Shown here: positions 36,358 to 46,038 of the stretch, one piece after another
Numbering within the stretch: the stretch's first letter is position 1
Layout: every line of letters starts with the position of its first letter
Origin: an uncultured Planctomycetales bacterium
GTDB taxonomy: Bacteria; Omnitrophota; Gorgyraeia; Zapsychrales; Fredricksoniimonadaceae
NCBI GenBank assembly: GCA_964483785.1
Contig: CAZACW010000004.1
Span: 6,794 to 70,793 of the forward strand
DNA: 64,000 nt
Direction: 5' to 3'
The notes under the pieces: generated by a model
Told to the model about the DNA's origin: nothing
What the model saw: only the letters and a program-made list of their open reading frames with translations
The model's database searches: none
Made by a program: the position numbers and the translations under genes

Positions 36358-37265
36358 GCAGGCCCTTGCATTTTGAAAACAAAATGAGCGGGCTTCCCCA
36401 TGCCCATGGCCTGGGCCTGGCCAAGACTTCCAAGGGAAAATTTGTCATTAAATGTTATCCGGCTTATGCGGCCCAAAGAATCAGCTTGGAATACGCCATC
36501 AACCGCATCTTGACCCAACGCCGTTTCCCGACTCCGGCCATGCATGCGGGCCCGCCGCATCGTCCATTTTGCAGGATCAGCCACCAGCTCTTTTGCTGCT
36601 ACGATTTTATCGACGGTGACCATGCCTGGCAAAGCATCCAAAGCAGGGACACCTTCCGCCAGATCAATGGCAACTTGATCGGCATCAAAAACACCCTTGC
36701 TCCGCTTAAAGGACGCCTGCCTTTTTTAAGGCAGGAAAGCCTGGCGGCCAAGATCAAGGACCTGTCCCAAAAATCTAAAATCTTAAAAACCTATGACCAC
36801 AAAAATTTGATCGAAGGCCACTTGAAAAACATATGCCGCGCCTTTGAAAGTCAGCGCCGCGCCTTTGCCCGGCAATGGCTGCACAATTGCGCCACCCTGA
36901 CCAATTTTCTAAAATTCAAAAGCAAAATCTATGTGATTGATCTGGAACACGTACGTGAGGATTATGTTCTGGCGGACCTGGCCAGCCTTGTTTTGTCCTG
37001 CCTGTCGGTGGATGTCAAAAAAGATGTTCCGCTGTTCACCATCCAGGCCGTGATCAAAGACCATTATGCCCAGCTGCGGCCGTCTGAAGAAGACCTGGCC
37101 GTTGTTCGTGCCCTCTTTTTGCTTGGCCTGGTCAAGGAATATCTGCATTACATCCGGGCATGCCGATTGCCTGGTCCTGCTTCACAACAGTTGAGTTTAA
37201 AACAAGCCCGCGCCTTCCATCTTTTGGCTGACTCCAAAGCCCTGACGAAATTATGGCTGCCTTGA
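36318..37265 (+). CDS. APH-like kinase-fold protein, paralogous to the preceding gene.
   Basis: The 315-aa product is collinear with the previous product (FFDLGRP...KTSKGKFVIKCYP...RFPTPAMH...HNCATLTNF...VIDLEHVREDY). Confidence 0.65.
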   Translation: MEEIQQICRFFDLGRPLHFENKMSGLPHAHGLGLAKTSKGKFVIKCYPAYAAQRISLEYAINRILTQRRFPTPAMHAGPPHRPFCRISHQLFCCYDFIDGDHAWQSIQSRDTFRQINGNLIGIKNTLAPLKGRLPFLRQESLAAKIKDLSQKSKILKTYDHKNLIEGHLKNICRAFESQRRAFARQWLHNCATLTNFLKFKSKIYVIDLEHVREDYVLADLASLVLSCLSVDVKKDVPLFTIQAVIKDHYAQLRPSEEDLAVVRALFLLGLVKEYLHYIRACRLPGPASQQLSLKQARAFHLLADSKALTKLWLP

Positions 37266-38075
37266 TTGTTCTGACCAAATGCCCTGCACAATCCGGCGTA
37301 ATTTTTGATCATCAGAACATGAGTCATTGTCATCGGCCGTCGCCGCCGAAGGCTTGGCCCTGTGACCATACGTCTTGATCAAGAGTTTCCTTACGACGGC
37401 AGGGACCTGCAGTTCACGGGGCGCGCCGCGCAAAGGAAAAAATTGCCCTGCTGACAGGGAACGCAGCGATGATTTGCCTATTTTTAGTTCATCAGGCATG
37501 GAAAGGGAAAGGGCAATCATTTCCTTGGTTAAAAAGGGAAAGACAAATTCCAATCCGTGGGCCTGGGCCGCCTGATGATGGGCCTCTTCATCAAGCTTGG
37601 TCCTTGCCAGGCGCGCTTCAAGGCCTCCGGGATAAGGCTTTAACGCATCATCCCCAAACCATTGGTCCGCCCCCATGCCGGAGATGAACACATCCCCGGC
37701 GATTTTGCGATCATATTTTTTTAAAGCCGCGTACACCACCGCCAAATCAAGATCCAGCAAAGGTTCCAGCGTCATACGCGCGACGGTCTCAAAGGCAGAT
37801 AAAAATTCAGCGGTCTTGACATGAAGGATATGATGCTGCAGTCCCGCTTCCCTGGCTGTCAAGGAAGCGCCGGCCACGGTCAACGGGTTAAAATCTTCAA
37901 ATTGGACGGTCACAGCCGCAACCTTGGCCCCTTGCCGCCGGGCCAAGGAAGCCATCAACAGCGAATCAAAACCGCCGCTGAACATCACCGCCCTGGGCCG
38001 GCCTTTGATATCACCCAAGGCATGTTCAAGGGCCTGTTGGAGCTGATCAGAAACTTGTTCAATGGGCGCGGGCAT
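37251..38075 (-). CDS. PP-loop ATP pyrophosphatase (asparagine synthetase C-domain-like adenine nucleotide alpha-hydrolase).
   Basis: The 274-aa product has the SGGFDS PP-loop (AVMFSGGFDSLLMASL). It lacks the QueC-type Cys cluster. Confidence 0.6.
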   Translation of the reverse strand: MPAPIEQVSDQLQQALEHALGDIKGRPRAVMFSGGFDSLLMASLARRQGAKVAAVTVQFEDFNPLTVAGASLTAREAGLQHHILHVKTAEFLSAFETVARMTLEPLLDLDLAVVYAALKKYDRKIAGDVFISGMGADQWFGDDALKPYPGGLEARLARTKLDEEAHHQAAQAHGLEFVFPFLTKEMIALSLSMPDELKIGKSSLRSLSAGQFFPLRGAPRELQVPAVVRKLLIKTYGHRAKPSAATADDNDSCSDDQKLRRIVQGIWSEQSRQP

Positions 38076-38084
38076 GGGGGCAGA

Positions 38085-39062
38085 TCAGGCGTTTCTCACC
38101 CTTTGATAGGCTTCCATCTGCCCGGCGATCTCACGGTTTCGCCAGGCCACGCGGCAATTGATGCAGTGATGGTAAGTTCTAAAAGGTTCGCCGCCGTTTA
38201 AGGCCAACGCGCGGGCCTGTGTATAGCTTGCAGATTCCCAAACTGCCTTGAAGCCGGATTCATACGCGTTGCCGACCTTCACCGCCTGCATGAAACAGCA
38301 GACATTCACGTCCCCGTTGAATTTGATGGCGCTGTTAAACCAGCCGTGAAAACACGGGGGCCACTCGCCGCTGATCTCGGCTTTGTCCTGGTGCTGCTGC
38401 AGCTGTATGTGCCGGTTTTGCTCGCTCACTTCCAAGACCCTTTTTTGCACCACATTGGCGCCAATTTTACGGACCAGGTTTTCTGTTTTCAAAAGGTTCT
38501 GCGCGTTTAACCGCGTCATCACCAAAAGCACCTCAATGCAAAAATTCGGATTGTACAAGCTCCGCAGCCTGGCCAGTTCCCTGATATTTTTGATCACCTT
38601 GACAAAGAGGTCCTTGCCCATCAAGGCGCGGTAGGATTCCCGGTCCGCCTCTCCCATATTGATCACGATATGGTCGGCCCGTAAGATGTCGCGGCAGCGC
38701 TCGATGGGAAAGGTCCCGTTGGAAATCAGATTGATGGAAAAATCCGGCTCCAGATGCCGGAGCATATCATAAAACCGCGGGTGCAGGGTGGGCTCGCCCT
38801 GGCCGGAAAGGTAGATGGTATCCACCTGAAGCTCCTTGCATTCCAGGCTTAGCCTTTCAAATAATTCATAAGGCATGAAATTTTCGCCGCTTTTGACATG
38901 GGTGCTGCCCGGGCCGTGATAATAGCAGTACTGACAGGTCAGATTGCACAGCTCCGTGATATGAAACTGCACCATGGCAGGGCCGATCAGGGGACGGCCG
39001 GACTCGACGCCTTTTAACCGCAGCAATAATCTGCGCTTCTGCTCCCGATGGTTTAAGATCAC
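38085..39062 (-). CDS. Radical SAM protein with a SPASM/twitch-like Cys-rich C-terminus (rSAM #1).
   Basis: The product has CNLTCQYC (CxxxCxxC), a GQGEP motif and the C-terminal cysteines CFHGW...VNVCCFMQ...HCINCR. The start is set at GTG 39062, overlapping the upstream stop (GTGA), by homology to rSAM #2 (VILNHREQKRRLLLRLK). Confidence 0.75.
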   Translation of the reverse strand: MILNHREQKRRLLLRLKGVESGRPLIGPAMVQFHITELCNLTCQYCYYHGPGSTHVKSGENFMPYELFERLSLECKELQVDTIYLSGQGEPTLHPRFYDMLRHLEPDFSINLISNGTFPIERCRDILRADHIVINMGEADRESYRALMGKDLFVKVIKNIRELARLRSLYNPNFCIEVLLVMTRLNAQNLLKTENLVRKIGANVVQKRVLEVSEQNRHIQLQQHQDKAEISGEWPPCFHGWFNSAIKFNGDVNVCCFMQAVKVGNAYESGFKAVWESASYTQARALALNGGEPFRTYHHCINCRVAWRNREIAGQMEAYQRVRNA

Positions 39063-40054
39063 TTGACAGCCCCCAGAGCTGATCGTCTTAATCGTTGATA
39101 ATTCTGCAGATGCCCGGCAATCTCTTGGTTGCGGCCGGCCGCGCGGCAATTGATGCAGTCATGGTCTTTTCTGAAAGTCGGCCCGCCCAGCAGGGCACCG
39201 CTGCGGGCATCGGCATAGGCCTTGGACTCCCAGATTTCCTTAAACGGCTTCTCAAAGACATTGCCGATGGTCAAGCTTTGCATATAACAGCAGACATTGA
39301 CCCCGCCGTCCAATTTAATGGCGCTGTAAAACCAGCCGTGATAACAAGGCGGCCACTCGCCGTCAATTTCTGTATGCTCTGCTTGGCCTTTGAGCATAAG
39401 ATTACGGTTGTGCGATGCGGGCTCAAAGGTCTTTTTCTGCACCACATCAGCGCCGAGCCGCAGGACCAGGCGCTCGGTCCTTAATAGATGCTCATCATTG
39501 AGATTGGTCATGATAAAAACCACTTCAATCTTAAAGTCAGGATTGTACAGGGGCCGCAGTCTGGCCAGTTCCTTGATGTTCCTGATCACCCGTCCAAAAA
39601 GGTCCTTGCCCTGCAAGGCGCGGTAGCTGTCCCTGTCCGCGGCGCCTAAATTGATGATGATGCGGTCCGCCCGCAGCACATCGCGGCAGCGCTCCAAGGG
39701 AAAGGTGGCGTTGGTAAAAATCGTGACCGCAAAATCATGCTCCAGGCGTTTGAGCATGTCATAAAATCGGGGATGAAGGGACGGATCGCCTGTGCCGGAG
39801 AGATTGACCGTATCCACCTGCAAATCCGCGCAGTCCCGGGCCAATTGCTCAAAAAGCTCGAAAGACATATGGTTTTTTCCCGACGGGCGCAAGGGGCTTC
39901 CTGGGGAATAGTACCAACAGTACGGGCAGGCCAGATTGCAAAGGTCGGTGATCCTCAGATGCACCGTGGCCGGACCGATCAAGGCGCGCTGTTCTTCGAT
40001 GCTTTTCAGACGCAAAAGCAGCCTGCGTTTTTGTTCCCGGGGCTCAAGGATCAT
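39059..40054 (-). CDS. Radical SAM/SPASM-like protein (rSAM #2), paralogous to #1.
   Basis: The product begins MILEPREQKRRLLLRLKSIEE... and has CNLACPYC, SGTGDP and the C-terminal cysteines CYHGW...VNVCCYMQ...DCINCR. It is about 55% identical to #1. Confidence 0.8.
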   Translation of the reverse strand: MILEPREQKRRLLLRLKSIEEQRALIGPATVHLRITDLCNLACPYCWYYSPGSPLRPSGKNHMSFELFEQLARDCADLQVDTVNLSGTGDPSLHPRFYDMLKRLEHDFAVTIFTNATFPLERCRDVLRADRIIINLGAADRDSYRALQGKDLFGRVIRNIKELARLRPLYNPDFKIEVVFIMTNLNDEHLLRTERLVLRLGADVVQKKTFEPASHNRNLMLKGQAEHTEIDGEWPPCYHGWFYSAIKLDGGVNVCCYMQSLTIGNVFEKPFKEIWESKAYADARSGALLGGPTFRKDHDCINCRAAGRNQEIAGHLQNYQRLRRSALGAVK

Positions 40055-41202
40055 AAGGGGTCATGGGCGGCCAGCCGCAATTTTTCGTTTAATTTTTTGT
40101 TGATCGGCACATAACTGCAATGGCGGCATTCACGCCATTTGGATGAACAGGCATGGATCCCGGCAGATGCTTCGCGAAGCGTATCATGCAAAAAATCATT
40201 GTCGAACCAGATGTCCTTATACCGGCGCTCATTGACATTGCCGGCCACACAAACGCCCACCCCGTCGCAGGGGGCCACCACCTGGCCGTTCTCATCGATA
40301 TAGCTGTAAAACCAGCCCACCTGGCAGTTGACCTTCACTCCCGCGGTCGCATCATAGACAAGCAAGCGGTCATTGTTGGTTTTCGTAGGCGTCATGGTAT
40401 GGACATTGTCATTGTAATGGCCGTTGACGATAATGTTCTTTAAGTTTTCCAAATTATGGACAAAAGAATACCCTGCGCCCAGGGCCTCTTCCACCATGAC
40501 TTTTAATGCGCTCAAATGTTCCTCGGAAAAAACTAAATCCTTCATCTCTTCGGTGGCTTTAAAAAAACGGATGTAGACCTGGTCCACCCCCCTGTCCTGG
40601 GCCAAATCAAGAAAGGCCGGCATTTCCTTGTAGTTATGGTCATAAACAATGAAGGTCAAAACGATTTCCGGCTTGCCGTATTTACGGCGGGCAGCGAGGA
40701 GCCGGTCCAAATGCTTCAATAAATTCGCTAAAGAGCCGCTGGTCTTGCCGTGCACCCGGCGGTAGGAAATTTCATTCATGGCCGAGAGATTCACGATCAG
40801 GCGGTCCGCCAGGCAAAGATAACGCAGATGCTTGCCGTCAAAATCCAGGTGGCTGTAGGCCCGCAGGCGCATTCCCAATTCCTTGACCTTACGGAAGGCC
40901 TGCTCGGCAAAGGGGTAAAGGACGATTTCGCCCCCCTCCAGGTTGATCTCATTGACCCCGATCTCATGGCAATCTTCAAGGACGCCTTCCAGCACCTGAT
41001 AATCCAGCATCACGCGCTTCGGGGGGTTGGATATCAGCGGCGAAAAATACCAGCAGAACGCGCATTTGCGGTCGCAAGCCTGGATGGCATGGATATTGAC
41101 CGACTGCGGGCCGATGAGGGGCCTGCCCAGCAGGGCGCTTTTGGCCCTTAATTTGTCCTTCACGGCAGGAGACAATGATTTTAAGGATTCTGTATTGAGC
41201 AT
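40051..41202 (-). CDS. Radical SAM protein with a Cys-rich C-terminus (rSAM #3).
   Basis: The product has CDRKCAFC (CxxxCxxC) and the C-terminal cysteines CQVGW...APCDGVGVCVAG...HACSSKWRECRHC. Confidence 0.75.
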   Translation of the reverse strand: MLNTESLKSLSPAVKDKLRAKSALLGRPLIGPQSVNIHAIQACDRKCAFCWYFSPLISNPPKRVMLDYQVLEGVLEDCHEIGVNEINLEGGEIVLYPFAEQAFRKVKELGMRLRAYSHLDFDGKHLRYLCLADRLIVNLSAMNEISYRRVHGKTSGSLANLLKHLDRLLAARRKYGKPEIVLTFIVYDHNYKEMPAFLDLAQDRGVDQVYIRFFKATEEMKDLVFSEEHLSALKVMVEEALGAGYSFVHNLENLKNIIVNGHYNDNVHTMTPTKTNNDRLLVYDATAGVKVNCQVGWFYSYIDENGQVVAPCDGVGVCVAGNVNERRYKDIWFDNDFLHDTLREASAGIHACSSKWRECRHCSYVPINKKLNEKLRLAAHDPL

Positions 41203-41912
41203 GGTTGAGCAGTTTCCAATTGCGAAAACAATAAAGCGCGTAATTCCCGGCGTGCGGTCAAGGCCTTGAGCAGGTCCAAAAAATGGGTCAGTGCCCGCCG
41301 GTCTTGAACGGATTTAAAATCCGCGTGGTGTGTCAGCACGCCGGTGAGGATTTTAAGCTTGATGCTTTGGATCAGGGCTTTAAATACATCTTCAGCCTTG
41401 TACGTACTTGTTGTGCCAAGATCATAGCGGCTGAAGGACACCTGGGCCGGGAGATCTAAAAAATCTGCCTGTATCTTAGGCTTATGCGCCCCGGCTGAAA
41501 AATATTTGAACCCCTCTTCTTCTAAGATTGAAACCGTGTTTTGATCAAACCCGTGATAAGGCGGAACAAAGCCCGGCGTAAAATCTTCTCCAAAGGCCCG
41601 GTGCATCCTGCTTTTTCCTTCCCGGATATCTGCTTGCTGGTCCGTCCATGCCCGGGAGGCCCCGAACTCATATTTGCCCTGGCCCGGCGGGGCATGGTTT
41701 TTATGCAGCCAACCGTGCTGGACAATGTCGAGCAATTGGGGCGATTTTTGTTTGGCGTCCCGTAAAAATTTGACCAGGGCAGGTTCCATGGCCCCGGGGA
41801 TCACGGCCTGCACCACGGGAAGGCCGCGCTCAAAAGCCGCATCAAAAAAATAGCGGAAGGGCCCATCCAGGGTCCAGACATCATCGTTACGTATAAAAAC
41901 CCGTGCATTCAT
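41181..41912 (-). CDS. Polysaccharide deacetylase-like (CE4-like) protein.
   Basis: The product has CE4-like motifs: IRNDDV (motif 1), HGWLHKNH (motif 2) and FVPPYHGF (motif 3). It is 243 aa long. Confidence 0.5.
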   Translation of the reverse strand: MNARVFIRNDDVWTLDGPFRYFFDAAFERGLPVVQAVIPGAMEPALVKFLRDAKQKSPQLLDIVQHGWLHKNHAPPGQGKYEFGASRAWTDQQADIREGKSRMHRAFGEDFTPGFVPPYHGFDQNTVSILEEEGFKYFSAGAHKPKIQADFLDLPAQVSFSRYDLGTTSTYKAEDVFKALIQSIKLKILTGVLTHHADFKSVQDRRALTHFLDLLKALTARRELRALLFSQLETAQPCSIQNP

Positions 41913-41945
41913 GAGGCAAATCAGTATACTATTGTTTTACTTCCC

Positions 41946-43157
41946 ATGCGCGTCTTATTCCATTACACCCACAAGCAGACCCTCGGACATACGACAAGGT
42001 CCGTGGCGCTGGTCACGGCCCTCTGCCGCCATGGCGCCGAGGTCCTCGTCTTGCAGGGCGGGCTGCCCCAGCCTTTTGTCCAATTCCCTAAGAATGCCAA
42101 GGTGCTGGATCTTCCCCTGCCCTTTGACGGCCGGGGCAGTTTTCAGGCCCATGCCGCCCCTGTTTCAGCGGCGCAGCGCGCCCCATTTATCCTGAAAACA
42201 GCGGCAGATTTTAAGCCGGATGTCTTCATCACGGAATTTTTTCCATTCGGCCGGCTTTCTTATACGCCGGAATTGCTGCCGACCCTGCGCTTCCTGCGCA
42301 AAAAAGGCGTAAGGATTTTAGCCAGCATCGGATACCCGCTGTTGATTGACCTGGAGCGGTTTCAGGACCCCCGATTTTGCGCTTTGCACAAATCCATCTT
42401 TGCCTTCTTTGACACCTTCCTGATCCACACGCCGGACAAACTTGAAACAGCCTATATCCAAAAGACCATCCCTTCCGAGGCGCTGGCCAAACTGTATTTC
42501 AACCTGTTAAAAGAACTCGAACCAAGGACCAAGTACACCGGGTATGTCTATCCGCAACCCATGATCAGTGATACCGGCAAACCTCGGGCCGTTGCCAAGA
42601 ACAAAACCGTTGTCATCAGCCGCGGCGGCGGGGCCGTGTATCCGAAGCTCATCACTTTAAGCATCGAGGCGAAACGCTTACTGGCCCCTGACATTCATCT
42701 GATCATCGCCTGCGGTCCAGCCACAACAGCAAAAGAAATGGCCTTGTTCCAATCCTGCCTTAAGCCCAAAGACCAATCCAAAATATTTCTCACGCAAAGG
42801 ATCTCAGACCTGGATGATTATTTCAAAGACTGCCTGGCCTCGGTCAGCCTCTGCGGCTACAATACCTCGGTCCAATTGATGCGTCACGGCACACCCTCAG
42901 TCCTGGTCCCTTATCAAAACAATCTCTCCCGCGACAAGGTCTTAAAAACCAATACCAATGACCAGATTGCCCGCGCCCGTCTGCTCAAAGAACGCTTTTG
43001 CGGCCTCATCCTGGACTATGACCTGATGACCGCCTCTAATTTGGCTGAGGCCATTACCCAGCAAATCCACGCCCCCCGTCCTGCCCCTGCCCCCCAGGCC
43101 TGGTTTAACGGGGCTGATCTGACAGCACGCCTGGTGCTTGAAGGTAGTCCAAATTGA
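41946..43157 (+). CDS. GT-B fold glycosyltransferase (MurG/GT28-like C-domain), copy 1.
   Basis: The 403-aa product has N-terminal ...LGHTTRSVAL..., mid-region KPDVFITEFFPFG and a C-terminal VISRGGGAVYP...SVSLCGYNTSVQLM...PSVLVPY donor-binding region. Confidence 0.6.
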   Translation: MRVLFHYTHKQTLGHTTRSVALVTALCRHGAEVLVLQGGLPQPFVQFPKNAKVLDLPLPFDGRGSFQAHAAPVSAAQRAPFILKTAADFKPDVFITEFFPFGRLSYTPELLPTLRFLRKKGVRILASIGYPLLIDLERFQDPRFCALHKSIFAFFDTFLIHTPDKLETAYIQKTIPSEALAKLYFNLLKELEPRTKYTGYVYPQPMISDTGKPRAVAKNKTVVISRGGGAVYPKLITLSIEAKRLLAPDIHLIIACGPATTAKEMALFQSCLKPKDQSKIFLTQRISDLDDYFKDCLASVSLCGYNTSVQLMRHGTPSVLVPYQNNLSRDKVLKTNTNDQIARARLLKERFCGLILDYDLMTASNLAEAITQQIHAPRPAPAPQAWFNGADLTARLVLEGSPN

Positions 43158-44121
43158 ACTTTTTCAAAAAGCCGTGATACGCAAAACAGCCCGGACAATG
43201 GCCTTGGGCCGCCTCTTGAGATAATTTCCGCCGCACTTGATTTAAAGCTTGGGGCAATTCTCCGTTTGACCCTAACTGTCCTGCCGGCTCCATATAGAGG
43301 CACGGATAGACCTTGCGCCGGGAATTGATAAACAAGGACCGCGCCGGTGTGGCGCAGGCACGTATGCAGTCCCGCCCGCCTTCGAGCAAAATGAGCATGG
43401 CTTCGGTGAGCTTACGGTCAACGCCCGCATAACCCTCATCCAAGATTTGACTGATTTGCCGGCGGACAACTTCGATCATCGCGGGCGTCAGGGTCGACAA
43501 GGCGCCGGCCTGCGGCATCTCGTGGCGATGATAATAATCCGAAACGCCGGATTCCATGATCTTGGGGAAAAACCTGGCCTTATAACGGCGGGCCAGCTGA
43601 TAAACCTCATGGATCTCGGCAAAATTCATTTGATTGATGGTGAATTTGAAATCCAAGGTAATCTTTTGGCCATAATTGTCATGGAGCCATCCCATGGTCT
43701 TTAATGTCTTTTGATAAGCGCCTTCCCCCCGCAAGAGATCATGGGTCTTTGGCCCTCCGTCGATGCTGATGCCCATGTACATGCCTTTAAGATAAGGACC
43801 ATAGGCGGTGAACACCCGGCGCACCCCTTCAAAATAAGCGGCGTTGGAATAGACGCCGAATTCATCGATGTCGCCGCGCTCGCGCAGCAGCGCCAGGGAC
43901 TTTAACAATCGGCCGCAATTGCGGTTGAGAAACGGCTCCCCACCGGTGACAGACACGAATTTCAATTTAAATTCCTGGGTCAGGTTTCTGATCATGCGCA
44001 CCACCAGGGAAGCGGTCATCTCATGGCGTTCTTTCTCCGCCCAGATCCCGCAATGCTGGCAATGCAGCTGGCAATGATTGGTGATCTCGACCGTTATATC
44101 ATTAAGAACAGGCTTTTTCAT
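43105..44121 (-). CDS. Radical SAM protein (rSAM #4).
   Basis: The product has CQLHCQHC (CxxxCxxC) and TGGEPFL, with additional C-terminal cysteines (CIRACA..., CPGC). Confidence 0.75.
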   Translation of the reverse strand: MKKPVLNDITVEITNHCQLHCQHCGIWAEKERHEMTASLVVRMIRNLTQEFKLKFVSVTGGEPFLNRNCGRLLKSLALLRERGDIDEFGVYSNAAYFEGVRRVFTAYGPYLKGMYMGISIDGGPKTHDLLRGEGAYQKTLKTMGWLHDNYGQKITLDFKFTINQMNFAEIHEVYQLARRYKARFFPKIMESGVSDYYHRHEMPQAGALSTLTPAMIEVVRRQISQILDEGYAGVDRKLTEAMLILLEGGRDCIRACATPARSLFINSRRKVYPCLYMEPAGQLGSNGELPQALNQVRRKLSQEAAQGHCPGCFAYHGFLKKFNLDYLQAPGVLSDQPR

Positions 44122-45094
44122 TCTGCAGGGTTTCTTTCAAGTCTTCGGCCCGCTGGACATTCTCATCATAATAAGGGCAGGTCTTGCAGGCTGTGTGCAT
44201 TTTTTGGATTTGTCCGTATTTGCCCAAGAGCCGCATGTTCATCATTTGAGGCGAATGCCAAAGCCCTTTCAATGACCATCGGTCCTGATGCGTCAAACGC
44301 ATCTGCGGGATGCGGCAGCAGATGCTGGTATTTTCATCATCGGACTTGACCACCATCTCAAACCAGCCGTTCAGGCACTGGGGCGGTGTCTGATCGTCTT
44401 CGCCCATCTCCGGTGCCGGGCCTTGCGGCAAGGCAATGCTTTGATTGTGCGCATGCACGTTCATCTTCTTAAAGTAAACGGAATTGACCTTCCAGCGCGA
44501 GGCCAAATCCCGCATCATAGGCCTTTGTTTGATGTTTTTGGCGTTGACGATATAAACAATGTCGATGAGAAAGTCAGGCTTGACGGAATCTCTTAAAGAC
44601 ACCAAGCGCTCGATGTTGGCGATGACGCGATCAAAGAGGTCCTTGCCCTGGATTTCAAGATATTGCAGACGGTCCACTGCGCTTAAATCGACAACCACCT
44701 GATCGGCTTTGATCACATCCTGGCAGGCCTCCAGCGGGAAGGTGGCATTGGTGAAAAGCTTGACGAACAGCGGCTGGTCTTGCAAATACCGCATCATGCG
44801 GCCAAACTGCGGATGCAAGGACGGTTCTCCGGAACCTGTGATATGGACTTGGTCCACGTTTAGCTCAACACAGTCCTTGATGGTGCCGCTGAATTTTTCC
44901 CACGACAAATAATGGGCCTTGTCAAAATGGGCGGGATTGCCCGGCGCATGGGTCCAGCAGTATTGGCAGCTTAAATTGCAGGAATTATTGATATGAATGT
45001 CAACGATTTCCGGGCCGATGTAGACCTTCTTGTCGCGCACGCCGGCGATGCGTTTTTGATACCGCTGTTCCAATTGCAAGACATCTAAAATCAT
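44102..45094 (-). CDS. Radical SAM/SPASM-like protein (rSAM #5), paralogous to #1 and #2.
   Basis: The product has CNLSCQYC, TGSGEP and the C-terminal cysteines CLNGW...TSICCRIP...ACKTCPYY. Its N-terminal QKRIAGVRDK resembles the EQKRRLLLRLK of #1/#2. Confidence 0.75.
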   Translation of the reverse strand: MILDVLQLEQRYQKRIAGVRDKKVYIGPEIVDIHINNSCNLSCQYCWTHAPGNPAHFDKAHYLSWEKFSGTIKDCVELNVDQVHITGSGEPSLHPQFGRMMRYLQDQPLFVKLFTNATFPLEACQDVIKADQVVVDLSAVDRLQYLEIQGKDLFDRVIANIERLVSLRDSVKPDFLIDIVYIVNAKNIKQRPMMRDLASRWKVNSVYFKKMNVHAHNQSIALPQGPAPEMGEDDQTPPQCLNGWFEMVVKSDDENTSICCRIPQMRLTHQDRWSLKGLWHSPQMMNMRLLGKYGQIQKMHTACKTCPYYDENVQRAEDLKETLQNEKACS

Positions 45095-46038
45095 GGGGAC
45101 CTTCTTGAGAATAACCAGCTGCCGCTTTCCTGCATCTTCTTATACCATTGGCATTGTGCGCAGGGAATGTCCTTGCGCTCTGGTTTTTTGCCGCGCAGCA
45201 TGGCCCTGGCGTAATTCATTTTCTCATTATTAAGGATTCCCTTCAAATCATCCTCAAAGGCGTTGCCGTAATCAGCCCAATAATTGACGGAACATCCCAG
45301 GACCCTGCCGTCGGTGTTGATCTGGGGCTGCAGCCAAAGCTGGGAACAGATTTTTTCCGCCTGATAAATCCTGCCGTATTTGTCCTGGTATTCCCGGCGG
45401 TTGACAGCCCCTGTGCCGGACAGCCGCCTGATCAAGGCGGGATTTTTCAAGGGGGAGAATTCATCCCAGGACAGTTTCACAAAAAAATCCATGTCCAGCG
45501 CCCTGGCCATGCGCCTGGCCAGAGGAATTTCATGTTCATTGTGGCCGAAAGCAATGAACTGCCAACACAGTTTGGGAAAGATCGATTTGTACCTGGCCTT
45601 GTGCGCGTTGATGGTCTTGATGTGCGCCATGACCTGGTTAAAATCCCCGCCTTTCCGGTAAATCCCATAGGTGTCTTGGCTGGCGCCGTCGATGGAGCAG
45701 GTGATGCGGCCGAAGCGGTATTGGACCAGTCCTTCCAGCATGGCTTCACTGGCTGTATTAAGATTTGTCCCCGTGGCCGCGTTTAAGGCCACCTTCTTCT
45801 CATGCGCGTAAGCGGCGATGGCCAGAAGATCAGGATTTAAAAAAATCTCCCCCCAACTGCTTAATTCAATGCTCTTGACCCAGGGATTGGCATCGACAAA
45901 TCTTTTGAAATCCCTGAATTTCAAAAGCTCCGTCCCCAGTTCCCGGGCGATCTCTCCCTTGGCGGTCGGGCACGTGGGGCACTTCAACTGACATGCCGTT
46001 GATGCGTCGAGCCGCACGCTGACAGGGTTGATTCTCAT
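45091..46038 (-). CDS. Radical SAM protein (rSAM #6).
   Basis: The product has ACQLKCPTC (Cx3Cx2C) near the N-terminus and a C-terminal CAQCQWY motif. It is 315 aa long. Confidence 0.65.
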   Translation of the reverse strand: MRINPVSVRLDASTACQLKCPTCPTAKGEIARELGTELLKFRDFKRFVDANPWVKSIELSSWGEIFLNPDLLAIAAYAHEKKVALNAATGTNLNTASEAMLEGLVQYRFGRITCSIDGASQDTYGIYRKGGDFNQVMAHIKTINAHKARYKSIFPKLCWQFIAFGHNEHEIPLARRMARALDMDFFVKLSWDEFSPLKNPALIRRLSGTGAVNRREYQDKYGRIYQAEKICSQLWLQPQINTDGRVLGCSVNYWADYGNAFEDDLKGILNNEKMNYARAMLRGKKPERKDIPCAQCQWYKKMQESGSWLFSRRSP

